Source: an uncultured delta proteobacterium (GTDB taxonomy: Bacteria; Bdellovibrionota; FAC87; UBA2466). From it: 64,000 nucleotides of DNA. Each line of letters opens with the position of its first letter. Position 1 is the first letter of the stretch. Under the pieces are notes generated by a model. It was given only the letters and a program-made list of their open reading frames with translations, did not search any database and was not told the origin of the DNA. Positions 1 to 10,071 of the stretch are shown here, piece by piece. The stretch covers positions 96,001 to 160,000 of the forward strand of contig CAVZSV010000005.1 in the NCBI GenBank assembly GCA_963778115.1, read 5' to 3'. The position numbers and the translations under genes were made by a program.

Positions 1-1
1 C

Positions 2-232
2 GAATGGCATCACCGGCAGGTAAATCCGAAGGTGGCGCAGATTAGCTACACGATGACCCGGTGTACTACCGTTCCTTTCGCAACCACTATCACCAACTGG
101 CATGGTGTCATTCAATTAGTGGATGTCGCTGACGGGGTAACCGGATTTACGATGGACAACTACATCGCGGGAAGACCTAGTTGTGAGAACTCCAACGGTT
201 CCATCACCGACATCTTCAACAATCTTCACTGA
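2..232 (+). CDS. Hypothetical protein, C-terminal fragment (runs off the window start)
   Basis: Frame is open from position 2 to TGA at 230-232; no recognised motif. Confidence 0.5.
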   Translation, partial: EWHHRQVNPKVAQISYTMTRCTTVPFATTITNWHGVIQLVDVADGVTGFTMDNYIAGRPSCENSNGSITDIFNNLH

Positions 233-283
233 AGTGGTGCCGTGATCGACTGGGTACCACGAGTCACGTTTTTACTCCTCTGC

Positions 284-1612
284 TCATTTTCGTGAGGGGA
301 GTGGTCCCTCTTCCAGTTGGACGGGTTTGCTCCAAAGGGTAGCGCTTTGGTTCTTGCTGGCTACCGTGAGAAATTCGATCATGTCAGTGTTTTCAGCGAG
401 AAAATCTAGGCGGCCTTTGATTGCTGTTTCGAAATAGTTCGTGGAGATGCCTCTATTATTAACGATGAGGGGCGAAAGATTTCTCTCCAGCGTCCCATCG
501 ATTAGCGCAAGCCGATATAAAGAGGAGAGTGACATATGGTACTGAGCTGCGATCGTCGATAATCGGACCGTCCCGCCTTCCACCTCTTCCACGGCTTCTA
601 CCGGCGGAAGGACACGTCGGAAACAAAGTGCTTTGAGCCCTTTTGCTTTTTCGATCGTGATGGGACTAAACACTTTTCCCATTCCGATCACCGTGGCATG
701 GTCTTTGCGAGTTCCAGGCGATAGCTGCTTGTCAACGGTCAGTTCTGATTTCCTACTATCAAAGAAGGCGTACGATTTTTCACTTACGCTAAATTCAAAA
801 AAATCCTCTCTTTTTCTGGAAGTCTCGCTTTCCTTTTCTAGAGGAGAAGCAATTTCCCAGGGACTCCATACCAAAAAGGAACTCGGTGCCAAACCTTTTG
901 CCGCCGCGTCCAGGTAATATTTCGACAACCACTGCCTGAATCCAATTCTGGTTTCCGCATCGTCGAATGCGGAATAGATCGTCCACAAGGAGGCTGCAGC
1001 CCAAGAGGCGGGACATCCTTCAATTCCCGTTTCCGCGCTAATGCGGATGACAATATGGCCATCGGAGAAGTGTGGCGTAAAAGCCTCAAGGATTCGGTAG
1101 ATGCGCCCTGAGCCTTCATGGGTCTTTAGCGTCCACACGGCGGATTCCTCCGCGCCAAGAAATCGTAAGATCTCTTCTTCCGCTTGGCTGAAGCGAGCCA
1201 CATCTCCATGCGTTCCTTCAATGCTTGGTTCGTCGTACTCTTGCCTTCGGTTTTGAATCGCTCGTATGAACAAATTTCCGACGATCGTCCAGTAGGTACG
1301 AACTAAATAAAGAGCGCTCAAGGAGGCACGATATTTCTCGGCGTTTTCAGTAAAGGCGGGGCGATGTGAACTTGTTTCACATTGCTTTTGGAGTGTCTTC
1401 CATGTCTCGGTCCCGAGCTGCTCTTTAGTAGGACTCTCGACTCCGCAATATTGCAAAATGACGTTATCACCGGAGAGTCCCATGATCGCCCACTGTGCGG
1501 GGCGATATTCGATGAGGACGTGAGCGGGCGAGACATTGCCTAAGAGCCCAATGATACCGCTGATTTTAAGTAACCTTAGAAACCTGTTTCGAGTTTTCAT
1601 CTGGATTTCCAC
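284..1612 (-). CDS. Hypothetical protein, 442 aa, possible N-terminal signal or anchor
   Basis: Long ORF; basic then hydrophobic N-terminus; no family recognised. Confidence 0.65.
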   Translation of the reverse strand: MEIQMKTRNRFLRLLKISGIIGLLGNVSPAHVLIEYRPAQWAIMGLSGDNVILQYCGVESPTKEQLGTETWKTLQKQCETSSHRPAFTENAEKYRASLSALYLVRTYWTIVGNLFIRAIQNRRQEYDEPSIEGTHGDVARFSQAEEEILRFLGAEESAVWTLKTHEGSGRIYRILEAFTPHFSDGHIVIRISAETGIEGCPASWAAASLWTIYSAFDDAETRIGFRQWLSKYYLDAAAKGLAPSSFLVWSPWEIASPLEKESETSRKREDFFEFSVSEKSYAFFDSRKSELTVDKQLSPGTRKDHATVIGMGKVFSPITIEKAKGLKALCFRRVLPPVEAVEEVEGGTVRLSTIAAQYHMSLSSLYRLALIDGTLERNLSPLIVNNRGISTNYFETAIKGRLDFLAENTDMIEFLTVASKNQSATLWSKPVQLEEGPLPSRK

Positions 1613-2114
1613 TACGTGTGGAGATCCTCTACCTTGAAGTGACGCATCGGGTCAAATTTACTTCCTGCAACTTGCCCGGTCTTGGTCAGTAATTCATGGA
1701 AGTCCCAAAGTCCCATTCGTAATGGCCCGGGATCATATCCACGTTAACAGGGTTGTCATAGGTCCCAGGATGATCGGGATTCCAAATCCAGGCCCTGAAT
1801 TTCATAAGCGCAGAGTCCTTATCCGTCCTCGAATCCGCGTGAGAAATCGCTAACGGTTTGTGCATAACAGATGCCGTGGGGCCAATATTGGGGTAGGTCG
1901 TCTCCCATGTTAGACAAGATATTTCAAGTTAGAATGCAGGGCCTTGAGGGACGGCGTTCGCGGTATTTTCACTGACTTCTTCCTCTAAGGTAAATCGATG
2001 ACCCCCTCCTTAACAAAAGCGGAAAAGCTGCGTCAATGGGAGAATCTTTTTGTTATCTTCTAACGTGAAGAAGTAGTTTGAGCCATTTTCACTGGCTGAA
2101 TGAAACCGATGCCT

Positions 2115-2774
2115 TTAGTTCGGACAGGATTTGAGCACATTCACACATTCGACATCGCTCGGAGGATCGTACTGCAGTAGCTCTCCACTTTCGCACAGCG
2201 AATGCGCTGTCCCCGAAGCATAGAAGCTAAGTCCCCCCTTCAAAGCGTAGGCACCACTGATGCCACAATAATCAAAAGTCGTCGGGTAATCGGATTCCGC
2301 CGTCTTACAGTGAGCCGGGCACTGCCACATCGAAGATACGACTCCAGGTTTATCGCACTTAGTCCCCTTGTTTTGGCAGCTCACCAGCGAATCTGGCGCC
2401 AACGGCGTTCCGAACTCGGCTTCAATCTTCCATCCGGGAGCGACCTGGTGGGCGTACATTTGCGCGCATTGCTGATCGGCGATAGGTCTGAGATCGGTCG
2501 CATATTGCGCGCAAACCAAGAAATTTTGAACCCTGGCGTCCAGATAATTGCGTTCGTTCGCAGATCCGATCTTGCTTTCGATACACCTGATATCGCATCC
2601 CCACGTCGTGGGTTGTTGCGGCGGACTGCTCCATTCGACGCCGATGGCCCACAAGCACCCGATGGCTAACAGAACGCAAGCATGCCGGTTGAACACGATT
2701 CTCCTTAAGAAGAGCGTACGATAACGAAAAAGAGGAAACCTTGCCAAGACGCGAGCCGCTAAGAGGCGCCCCAT
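2115..2774 (-). CDS. Cys-rich secreted or membrane-anchored hypothetical protein
   Basis: Hydrophobic segment ACVLLAIGCLWAIGV, then 12 Cys in the downstream domain; true start may be further in. Confidence 0.6.
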   Translation of the reverse strand: MGRLLAARVLARFPLFRYRTLFLRRIVFNRHACVLLAIGCLWAIGVEWSSPPQQPTTWGCDIRCIESKIGSANERNYLDARVQNFLVCAQYATDLRPIADQQCAQMYAHQVAPGWKIEAEFGTPLAPDSLVSCQNKGTKCDKPGVVSSMWQCPAHCKTAESDYPTTFDYCGISGAYALKGGLSFYASGTAHSLCESGELLQYDPPSDVECVNVLKSCPN

Positions 2775-2809
2775 TCAGCCAGAGGCTTGAGGCGCTTTTA
2801 TTTTAAACG

Positions 2810-2858
2810 GGGGTCAGAGGTGGGTCAGAGGGGTCAGAGGTGTCACTCTCCCAGCGGG
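2810..2858. repeat. GGGTCAGAG x3 plus left arm of a REP-like hairpin (GGTGTCACTCTCCCAGCGGG)
   Basis: 2839-2858 is 19/20 reverse-complementary to 4351-4370. Confidence 0.75.
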
Positions 2859-4350
2859 CTAATCATTGATCACATCTTTCTTTAGCGAGCCACCCTTTTT
2901 CTAGAGTCAATAGTTCTGTGAGGCCCTTTCCTAGTATTTTCCAACCTGGCGGGCCATTCTGCTTAAGGTGGCCGCCGAGCCTCGCAACGGCTGAAATTGC
3001 TTCTGCGACCGTAGGATTTTCTGGGATGGGAGTTTTTGAGACCGCTCGGAGAACCGATATTTGAGTCGGGGTTAACACTACTGTCGCCGGAGTGAGTGGC
3101 CGTTGCCTGGCTTCCGCTCGCAAGAGCAGCATTCGCCAGGCGATTGGGATAAAGATCGCCAAGGCATTGAAAATGGTATCTTTCGATTCGAGTTGCCGTT
3201 CTTCAAAGGCACATCCAGTTTTGATCGCCTTAAAATATTCTTCGATAAGCCATCTGGCTCGATAGATATCGATCACCTTTTCGATATCCGCGGGCGTATT
3301 GGTAGACTCGGTAGTGAGTAATTTCCAATCAATCGGCTCTGTTCCCTCCGGCGGATTGGACTCAAAGACGTGGACAACGTTGAGTGTCACAGTCTTATTT
3401 AATCTTGCTCCATGATGGTGACCTCGTATTAGCTCCACCCTTGCCGCTGTCGCCGATAACATGGCGGTTCGTTGCTGACGAGCGGGGTAGTCTTTTCTGT
3501 TTTGAGGTAAGGGACTTTGTGCTCTTGTTCCAACTCGGACTTCTCGTTGAAGCTTTACCGGAGCGCTCTCGAGTGAGCTGTAAAGGCTCACTCCTTCTTC
3601 TAGGTTTTCGTCTGTAACCAAACGATCTCGGCAGACTCGAATCACGCAGCGACCAGATGAATCTTTTAGTTCAGAAAGTAACTCGAAGAAATCTGCCTCA
3701 CGGTCCATCACGTGAATAGGTTTCGCTGCGAAGCCCAATCTCGATTCGCTGGCCACAATTCCTCGCATCCAACGCAGAGACTTTCTCGTCGGATCTTGTC
3801 GCGCTTTGGACGGGCTTTGGACGGGCTTTGATAGCCTTTCTTCTTCAGCTTAATCATTGGCTCAACCGCCACAACCCCAAGAGGTCGATGCAAACAAGAT
3901 CCCACAACTAAGGAAAAATGCCCGTAGAAACCGTCTCCCGCGGAGCGACTACCACTGAGCAAACCTAGCCCCTTACGTTTGGAAGGAAATTTGAACTCAG
4001 TCGTATCGTGGAGAACCAGAACTTCCTTTTCCAGTTTCGCTCGCAAAACCGTCTGCTCAAAATGGGATGCTAAAATCGACTCCAAATTCACACGGGGATT
4101 ACGCAGAAAACGGTAACCTCCCTCAATTCCAGCTCCTTCTCCTAAAAGCTTGGGTAAGGTCTCTTTAGGATCTTGGGCGATACCGTCAGACATGTCCATT
4201 AACCTCCGGGTGAGTCGCAGATCGCCAAAATTAGCCCCAGCGAACTCATTCGACATGGACGAAAAAAACTTAGGTTCAAGAGTATTACTCATCTAAATGA
4301 TTGATCAAATTTCACAGAGAAAGGCAAGAAAAGATATGTATGATCCTTAG
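2859..4350 (-). mobile_element. IS4-family (IS50/Tn5-like) insertion sequence, about 1.49 kb
   Basis: 19-bp ends CTAATCATTGATCACATCT (2859-2877) and revcomp CTAAGGATCATACATATCT (4332-4350) resemble the IS50 inside and outside ends; encloses a transposase. Confidence 0.85.
2863..4292 (-). pseudogene. tnp: IS4/Tn5-family DDE transposase, frameshifted
   Basis: FGDLRLTRRL N-terminal motif, HDTT, DREAD and YRARWLIEEYFKAIK (YREK). Split into two ORFs; removing one copy of the 11-bp duplication at 3803-3824 restores a 472-aa frame. Confidence 0.92.
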
Positions 4351-4427
4351 CCCGCAGGGAGAGTGACACCCTCCGACAACGGGAGGTCCTAAAAGTCGAC
4401 GGGCACCTTTTACTCGGGCACCTTTTA
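4351..4427. repeat. Right arm of the REP-like hairpin (4351-4370) and tandem CGGGCACCTTTTA x2 (4400-4427)
   Basis: Read directly from the sequence. Confidence 0.7.
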
Positions 4428-4437
4428 TTCCTTTTAT

Positions 4438-4521
4438 TGCCCGGAGGGAGAATCGAACTCCCACTCCCGTGAAGGAACTGGATTTTGAGTCCAGCGCGTC
4501 TACCAATTCCGCCATCCGGGC
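4438..4521 (-). tRNA. tRNA-Leu(CAA), CCA not encoded
   Basis: GCCCGGATGGCGGAATTGGTAGACGCG-CTGGA-CTCAAAA-TCCAG, long variable arm, GGGAGTTCGATTCTCCC-TCCGGGCA. Confidence 0.97.
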
Positions 4522-4804
4522 TTTTTAACGGCGTCGCTCTTAAGCGAAGCCGGGTGTAAACAGAATCACTCTTCTATCAACTTCACTTCACGTTTTCAAC
4601 CATTTACCAGGTTCGGTTTGCTTCACAAAGTGTCTGATTTCTGCGTATTGCGGCAGTGCGGCATTTAGGGCTACAATAAGGTCATTGGTACGTTGGTGGC
4701 TTGCGAATCGGTCCCTTTCTTGTGGCAGATCTCTTTCTCTCTGGCAGACTCTCCGATTGAATCTAAGTCATTAGCCCCAACCGTGTGCCTCTTGGGAGGA
4801 AACC

Positions 4805-5284
4805 TTGAAGTCTCCGTCATTTTTTTCCATGCCCTGGGATACCGTCGTGTTTCTCACGATTACTACCGTGGGCTTCGGCTTTTCGCTGCAGCGTCTGAGT
4901 CACCCTCAGAGTGTTCAGGCCGTTCCCTTTCAGGAGGAGTCGGCAGCACTGATACAACAGGGTTCGGAATTCCGCGGAGTTTTTGATTTAGGATGTTTGG
5001 ATTCCGAAGGGGCAAAGCAAAGGATCACCAATCCCGAAAGTACGATTCGAATGCGCGGCAAGTTCTGCAGGCTTTCGTCAAAGGACATGCATGCTTTTGA
5101 TGGAGTCACCGTTAAGAACCTGACTAACGGATTCGAAGGAACGATCTTCTTTCGAGGATTCAATAGTGCTTTCACGACCGACTATGTAGTCCTCGTGCCG
5201 GGTAAAAATATTATCCAGCTAGAGTGGCGAGAGTCGGCAAAAGCAGAACCCAGAACTTACATCGCCGAAGTATTCCAAAGATAA
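4805..5284 (+). CDS. Hypothetical protein, N-terminal TM segment and beta-rich domain
   Basis: 159-aa ORF (alternative ATG at 4829) with hydrophobic VVFLTITTVGFGF. Confidence 0.65.
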   Translation: MKSPSFFSMPWDTVVFLTITTVGFGFSLQRLSHPQSVQAVPFQEESAALIQQGSEFRGVFDLGCLDSEGAKQRITNPESTIRMRGKFCRLSSKDMHAFDGVTVKNLTNGFEGTIFFRGFNSAFTTDYVVLVPGKNIIQLEWRESAKAEPRTYIAEVFQR

Positions 5285-5291
5285 AAATAAG

Positions 5292-5372
5292 AAGGTGCCT
5301 ATTCGTAGGGTATAGAGAGGTTGAAGTTGCCCGCCCGCGCTTCGCTTTCTCTCTTACGGGTAGGCACTTTTT
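5292..5372. repeat. About 80-nt imperfect hairpin between convergent genes (REPIN-like or bidirectional terminator)
   Basis: AAGGTGCCTA...TAGGCACTTT outer arms with inner CGTAG/TTACG, GAGAG/CTCTC and GAAG/CTTC pairings; A- and T-rich flanks. Confidence 0.6.
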
Positions 5373-5396
5373 TATGGGAATACGGTGTTACCGGAA

Positions 5397-6659
5397 TTAA
5401 TGAAAGAGCGAGGCCTGTTGGACTTTCGCTGGGAAGGATTTAGGCGTTCTGGCCCGGACTCGACCGTCGGTGTAAGCGTAGTTCTTATAACGACGGGAAG
5501 CGAATTGGAAAATATTGATTGAGGACTTTCCGCCCGGCTTTGTCGCTAAATTCACAATGTCAGCACCTTCCATGCCAGGCATTCCCCCGGCCCCCTGAGC
5601 TCCGCCCATGAGTTGGCTTAACATGCCGGCAAATGGATCTGAACCCCCTGATTTTCCTGGCTCGGAATCTCCGGCTCCCGATGAGACACTGGACTCGGAA
5701 GTTTTTCCTTTTCTCGTCGACTCGGTAGCGGCTCGAGCCGCCTCTTGTCCTTTGCTGTCGGTGGTGCCGGCCGTAGTAGAAGCAGGGCCACGTGCTCCAA
5801 CGACCGTCGAAATGGCATTTCCATTACTATCCACGGACGCTTTCGCGTTGTCGTCAAATTTGAGCGCTGCGGAATCGATGGCATTGGGAACTGAAAAAGG
5901 ATCTTGAGGGCCAGCCACAGGCTCTAGCTCCGTAGGCTTACCCGGATCTTTGGGGAGATCAGGCGGCGACGGTAAAGGGGTTGGACTATTAGAAGGCGTC
6001 GGTGTGGAATTGTCTGCCACCGTCGGATTTTCGTTAGTGCTGTTATCCGGCGAAGGTGTGGGGAGAGGACTCGCCTGCAGAGTCGACTGCTTGGGAGTGC
6101 TGTCCATCGTAAGCTGTTTTTTGTTGTTGTCGTTTTGTTGAGCGGATGCCAAATCCTGAGCGCCTTGCTGGCATTGCTGCATCGCCATCATCATGAGCAT
6201 CATTTTTTCTTTTTCGGGCGCCTCTTGTGCTTTTTTCATGAGCATAGCGCACATCAACATCGCCATGGAAGCACCGGCGATTGCTGCGGCATTTGCGGCT
6301 CCGTTATTATTGGCGCGATCTTGAGGAGAGGGAGAAGGGGTGGGCTGTTGGGCATTTAACGTCGGAGGCGGAGGTAAAGCGGGATTGGTCGGGCCATTTT
6401 GATTTTGCATCTGATTTTGAAGCTGCTGCTGAATGCCTTGAATCTGTTGATCGATTGAAGATGTCGGCGAGGACGTTGGGGAAGAAGCGCCACTGCTACT
6501 GGGATCGGTAGCCCCCACACTTTGTAATTGGCTCTGAAGGGTTTGAAGGGCTGCGGACGGATCCGGGGTCGCGGTTTCCGCAATCACCGAAAGGGGAAAA
6601 GCGATAAGGCCTGCCGCCACCATCGCTAAATTCCACTGCCATTTTCCCGATGCCGTCAC
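5397..6659 (-). CDS. Secreted low-complexity protein with Met-rich hydrophobic hairpin and C-terminal NIFQFASRRY motif
   Basis: Signal peptide; Q/S/P-rich linkers. GTG at 6659 follows an AAGGAG RBS (ORF track start is 6677). Confidence 0.8.
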   Translation of the reverse strand: MTASGKWQWNLAMVAAGLIAFPLSVIAETATPDPSAALQTLQSQLQSVGATDPSSSGASSPTSSPTSSIDQQIQGIQQQLQNQMQNQNGPTNPALPPPPTLNAQQPTPSPSPQDRANNNGAANAAAIAGASMAMLMCAMLMKKAQEAPEKEKMMLMMMAMQQCQQGAQDLASAQQNDNNKKQLTMDSTPKQSTLQASPLPTPSPDNSTNENPTVADNSTPTPSNSPTPLPSPPDLPKDPGKPTELEPVAGPQDPFSVPNAIDSAALKFDDNAKASVDSNGNAISTVVGARGPASTTAGTTDSKGQEAARAATESTRKGKTSESSVSSGAGDSEPGKSGGSDPFAGMLSQLMGGAQGAGGMPGMEGADIVNLATKPGGKSSINIFQFASRRYKNYAYTDGRVRARTPKSFPAKVQQASLFH

Positions 6660-6688
6660 TGCGTAGCTCTCCTTCATAGGAGAAAGTT

Positions 6689-6705
6689 TGCAAGCAGAGG
6701 GCCAA
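6689..6705 (-). promoter_or_regulatory. sigma54 -24/-12 promoter
   Basis: TTGGCCCTCTGCTTGCA (GG-N10-GC) just upstream of the RBS. Confidence 0.65.
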
Positions 6706-6980
6706 AGGGGTGGTAAATTTATTTAGTAATATCAATGAATTAGATTTGCATCGCCGATGACTCTTTGTACAGTCCGTGCGGCCTTTTCCCCTTCCCCTCA
6801 AGGCTGTTGCGATTACCACTTGAATTCACTGCCCTTGTGACGCCTGTTTGAAGAGTAGTCAGGCACGAAGAACTTAGACGTTTGGGCCTCACCGAAAACG
6901 GCAAAAACCGCATTCCCCGACTGATTGACTTTCCTCTTTATTCTGGATAGGTTGCTCCCTTTATTGAAAGGATAGGGATC

Positions 6981-7265
6981 ATGGCCAATCATGCTTCGGC
7001 AGTCAAAGCGGCAAGACAATCGCTCAAACACAGAGACCATAATCTGGCGGTTCGTTCGCGATTTAAGACCGCGGTGAAAAAACTTCGCACGGCGGTTACT
7101 GCTAAGTATGACAGTAAAGATGTGGCCAAGAAATCTTTGGAGCCTTTGTTAAACGAAGTGCAGCAGCTTTTGATGAAAGCCGCTTCCAAAAAAATCATCA
7201 AGAAAGAGACGGCCTCTCGCCAAGTCTCTCGTTTGAGTACCGCGGTTCACAAAGCCTTAGTTTAA
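6981..7265 (+). CDS. rpsT: 30S ribosomal protein S20
   Basis: MANHASAVKAARQS...TASRQVSRL. Confidence 0.96.
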   Translation: MANHASAVKAARQSLKHRDHNLAVRSRFKTAVKKLRTAVTAKYDSKDVAKKSLEPLLNEVQQLLMKAASKKIIKKETASRQVSRLSTAVHKALV

Positions 7266-7293
7266 GAGATCAAAAAATTTTGAAGACTCGCGA

Positions 7294-7887
7294 TTAGCAC
7301 CACGCGTTTTGGTAGCGAACGATTTTGGGATCGACGTCGATTGACCAAGCGTCGATGCCGCCTTTAAGAATCGATACCTGACTGAAGCCGCGATCTACCA
7401 GAAAAGTTGCGGCGTCCATGCTTCGAATTCCAAAATGGCAAAAGACGACGATGGCCGTGTCCTTGGGCCATTCATTTAGGATCTCATCGAGGAGTTGTGG
7501 AGTCAGAGGCCTGGCTTCGCGAATACTGGCAAGTTTTAGTTCCCATGCTTCCCTGACGTCGAGCAGACGTGGGGGTAATGACGATTTTAAGAGTTTAGCT
7601 ACCTCTCTGGCTGGAACTTCCCGAACTCCGCGTGTTCTAAAATCGAGCTGCACTTCCATGAACACAATCTGCGACGGAGGGAGATCATATTTATCCGTGA
7701 AATCTCTCAGCGAAAGCGCTTTGTCGCCGGCCTCAATCTTAATGCCATATTTTCGCTCGATGAAGTCGAAAGCGGATGGGTAGGGGACGACTATTTCCTT
7801 AAGGCTCGAATTTTCCGTGATCACGGGTGGGGCTGTGATCCCCCCTTTTAGCCAGTCGGTGAAACGTTCACGAAAATGTTTATTCAT
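7294..7887 (-). CDS. Rhodanese-domain protein with small N-terminal helical domain (ScdA_N/DUF1858-like)
   Basis: LLDVRE, FCHFGIRS active-site loop, LKGGIDAW. Confidence 0.85.
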   Translation of the reverse strand: MNKHFRERFTDWLKGGITAPPVITENSSLKEIVVPYPSAFDFIERKYGIKIEAGDKALSLRDFTDKYDLPPSQIVFMEVQLDFRTRGVREVPAREVAKLLKSSLPPRLLDVREAWELKLASIREARPLTPQLLDEILNEWPKDTAIVVFCHFGIRSMDAATFLVDRGFSQVSILKGGIDAWSIDVDPKIVRYQNAWC

Positions 7888-7931
7888 CTAAGAGCAGGGG
7901 CTTTGTCGACTTCACAGGGCTAGTAAAGCCG

Positions 7932-8396
7932 TTAGTGTTTAAAATGCAGATAGTCGAACGTTAGCTTGTCCCGATCATACTTAGAATATTCGTATTCCTT
8001 CGTATGATAAAGACAATCCGTCGGACACGCAGCGCTACAAAGACCGCAGTAACAACACAGAGCAACATCGATATCAAAGCGTTTGAGATCGAGAGTCTTC
8101 TTAACTCCTCCCTTGGTAAAGTCAGCAGAGGTGCCTGTGGGCTTTTTGTCCGCTTCGATGTAAATGCAATCGACTGGGCATACCGCTTCGCATTGGCGAC
8201 AGGAGATACAATCGTCGACGTCATTAAAAAGTAATCCCCGAGAACCCGCCGGAAGGGCGTCTCGTACTTCCGGATACTGGATGGTAATCGCTCCTTTGCG
8301 ATTGACTCGAGAAAAGACTTTCAAGGTGATCGCCATCCCTTTCATGGTCGATACACTGATGTCTTTGATCATTTCAACGTAGCCTAGGAAAGTCAT
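7932..8396 (-). CDS. nuoI: NADH-quinone oxidoreductase subunit I (copy 2)
   Basis: TIQYPE and two CxxCxxCxxxCP motifs; operon context. Confidence 0.9.
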   Translation of the reverse strand: MTFLGYVEMIKDISVSTMKGMAITLKVFSRVNRKGAITIQYPEVRDALPAGSRGLLFNDVDDCISCRQCEAVCPVDCIYIEADKKPTGTSADFTKGGVKKTLDLKRFDIDVALCCYCGLCSAACPTDCLYHTKEYEYSKYDRDKLTFDYLHFKH

Positions 8397-9556
8397 CGGT
8401 CCACCTCACCCAAAACGATGTCTAAACTTCCGATGGTGGCGACAAGATCCGCTACCATCTGCCCGCGTCCCAATTCTCTGAGGGTGCTGATGTTTAGGAA
8501 ACAGGGGCTTTTCACTTTAACCCGAAAAGGATGAGTAGATCCATCGCTCACTATATAGAACGCGAGCTCTCCACGAGGACACTCCGTTCGCGAGAAGCCT
8601 TCGCCTGCCGGAACTTTGATCACTTTGGCGACTTTGGCGCGGTACGGCCCTTCCGGAATGCCATCGATCAGCTGTTCGAGGATTCGAACACTTTCTTTCA
8701 TCTCCCGCATTCGCACGATGTGCCTATCCCAACAGTCTCCCAGAGTTCCCATTTCACCACTTCCCACGGGAACTTCGAATTGGACTTCGGGATAGATGGA
8801 GTAGGGCACATCTTTTCTGAGATCCCATTTTTGGCCGGCCGCTCGGAGCAAGACCCCTGTTAAGCCGTAGGAATAGCACATGGCTTGATCGATGACTCCG
8901 ACGTCCTTTGTGCGCTCTATAAAAATCTTATTGTAGGAGAGTAGGTTGTTGTACTCATCCACTTTGGGCTTGAAGTACTCAAGAAAGCTTTTGATTTTGG
9001 AGACGATCTCGGGCGTGATGTCTCGCATGACACCACCTATCCACATATAGTTGTAAAGCAGACGGGCTCCGCTTTGGAGTTCAAAGATGTCTAGAATCAT
9101 CTCTCGATCTCTAAAGCCGTACATGAATGCCGTAAACGCACCCATGTCGAGTCCATAAGTTCCAAAGCTCATTAAGTGGCTGGCGATTCGTTGAAGCTCC
9201 GAATGAATTACCCGAATGTATTCGGCTCGCCTGGGAACTTCAACGCCCATCATCCTTTCGACGGCGATGGCCCATCCCATGGCGTTGTTCATCGAAGCTA
9301 AGTAGTCCATCCGGTCCACAAAGGGTGCTACTCCCATCCACTCAACGTTTTCGGAATGCTTTTCCATGCATCGATGGAGGTATCCGATTTCAGGAATAGC
9401 GTCCTTGACGATCTCTCCGTCTGTCTTGATGACGACGCGAAGGACTCCGTGTGTGCTGGGATGCTGAGGTCCCATGTTAATGAGAAGTTCGTCCGTCTTA
9501 AGATCATCGGGCATTACCGTTAGGTGTTCGCGCCCTTTTTCATAAGTGGTGTTCAC
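8393..9556 (-). CDS. nuoD: NADH-quinone oxidoreductase subunit D (copy 2)
   Basis: [20 protein letters not shown]-terminal GEVDR; no NiFe CxxC motifs. Confidence 0.95.
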   Translation of the reverse strand: MNTTYEKGREHLTVMPDDLKTDELLINMGPQHPSTHGVLRVVIKTDGEIVKDAIPEIGYLHRCMEKHSENVEWMGVAPFVDRMDYLASMNNAMGWAIAVERMMGVEVPRRAEYIRVIHSELQRIASHLMSFGTYGLDMGAFTAFMYGFRDREMILDIFELQSGARLLYNYMWIGGVMRDITPEIVSKIKSFLEYFKPKVDEYNNLLSYNKIFIERTKDVGVIDQAMCYSYGLTGVLLRAAGQKWDLRKDVPYSIYPEVQFEVPVGSGEMGTLGDCWDRHIVRMREMKESVRILEQLIDGIPEGPYRAKVAKVIKVPAGEGFSRTECPRGELAFYIVSDGSTHPFRVKVKSPCFLNISTLRELGRGQMVADLVATIGSLDIVLGEVDR

Positions 9557-10071
9557 GCGTTTCCCCCTTTCGAATCTTCAAAGTTTAGGGGAACCGGCAT
9601 TCCGTTATAGTAGTCTGGTGTTACGAAATCCTTGCGAAGGGGATATCCCACCCAATCTTCTGGCATTAAAATGCGCCGGTGGTCGGGGTGGCCGTCAAAC
9701 TGAATTCCGTACATGTCGAACGTTTCTCGTTCCATCCAATCGGCTGCTTTATAGATATGGGCTACCGAAGGAACATGAACCGTGTCGTTCGCTGTACTGG
9801 GTCGGGGCAGGTAGCCTTTCAAAGCGACCACCAGCTTATGAGTGTATGACGCCGGGTGGTAAAAAACACAGAGTGCATTTTCCGCGGGATAATCTAATCC
9901 GCCCATGTTGGCGATTGTTTCAAAGCTGAGCTTCTCCTTCATATAAAGGAGAACGTCGGTCACTTTGGAGGCTTGAATCTTAATGTAGGGATCGGGTTTC
10001 GTCTCGACCCGTTCTAGTACGGCTTCGGGAAATTGCGCTTTCAAACTTTGAAAAACTTCGTCGTATGTCAT
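9553..10071 (-). CDS. nuoC: NADH-quinone oxidoreductase subunit C (copy 2)
   Basis: [37 protein letters not shown]. Confidence 0.95.
   Translation of the reverse strand: MTYDEVFQSLKAQFPEAVLERVETKPDPYIKIQASKVTDVLLYMKEKLSFETIANMGGLDYPAENALCVFYHPASYTHKLVVALKGYLPRPSTANDTVHVPSVAHIYKAADWMERETFDMYGIQFDGHPDHRRILMPEDWVGYPLRKDFVTPDYYNGMPVPLNFEDSKGGNA

Noticed and set aside
4312..4515. 67-aa ORF on the minus strand
   Set aside because: It is a translation of tRNA-Leu and adjacent repeats
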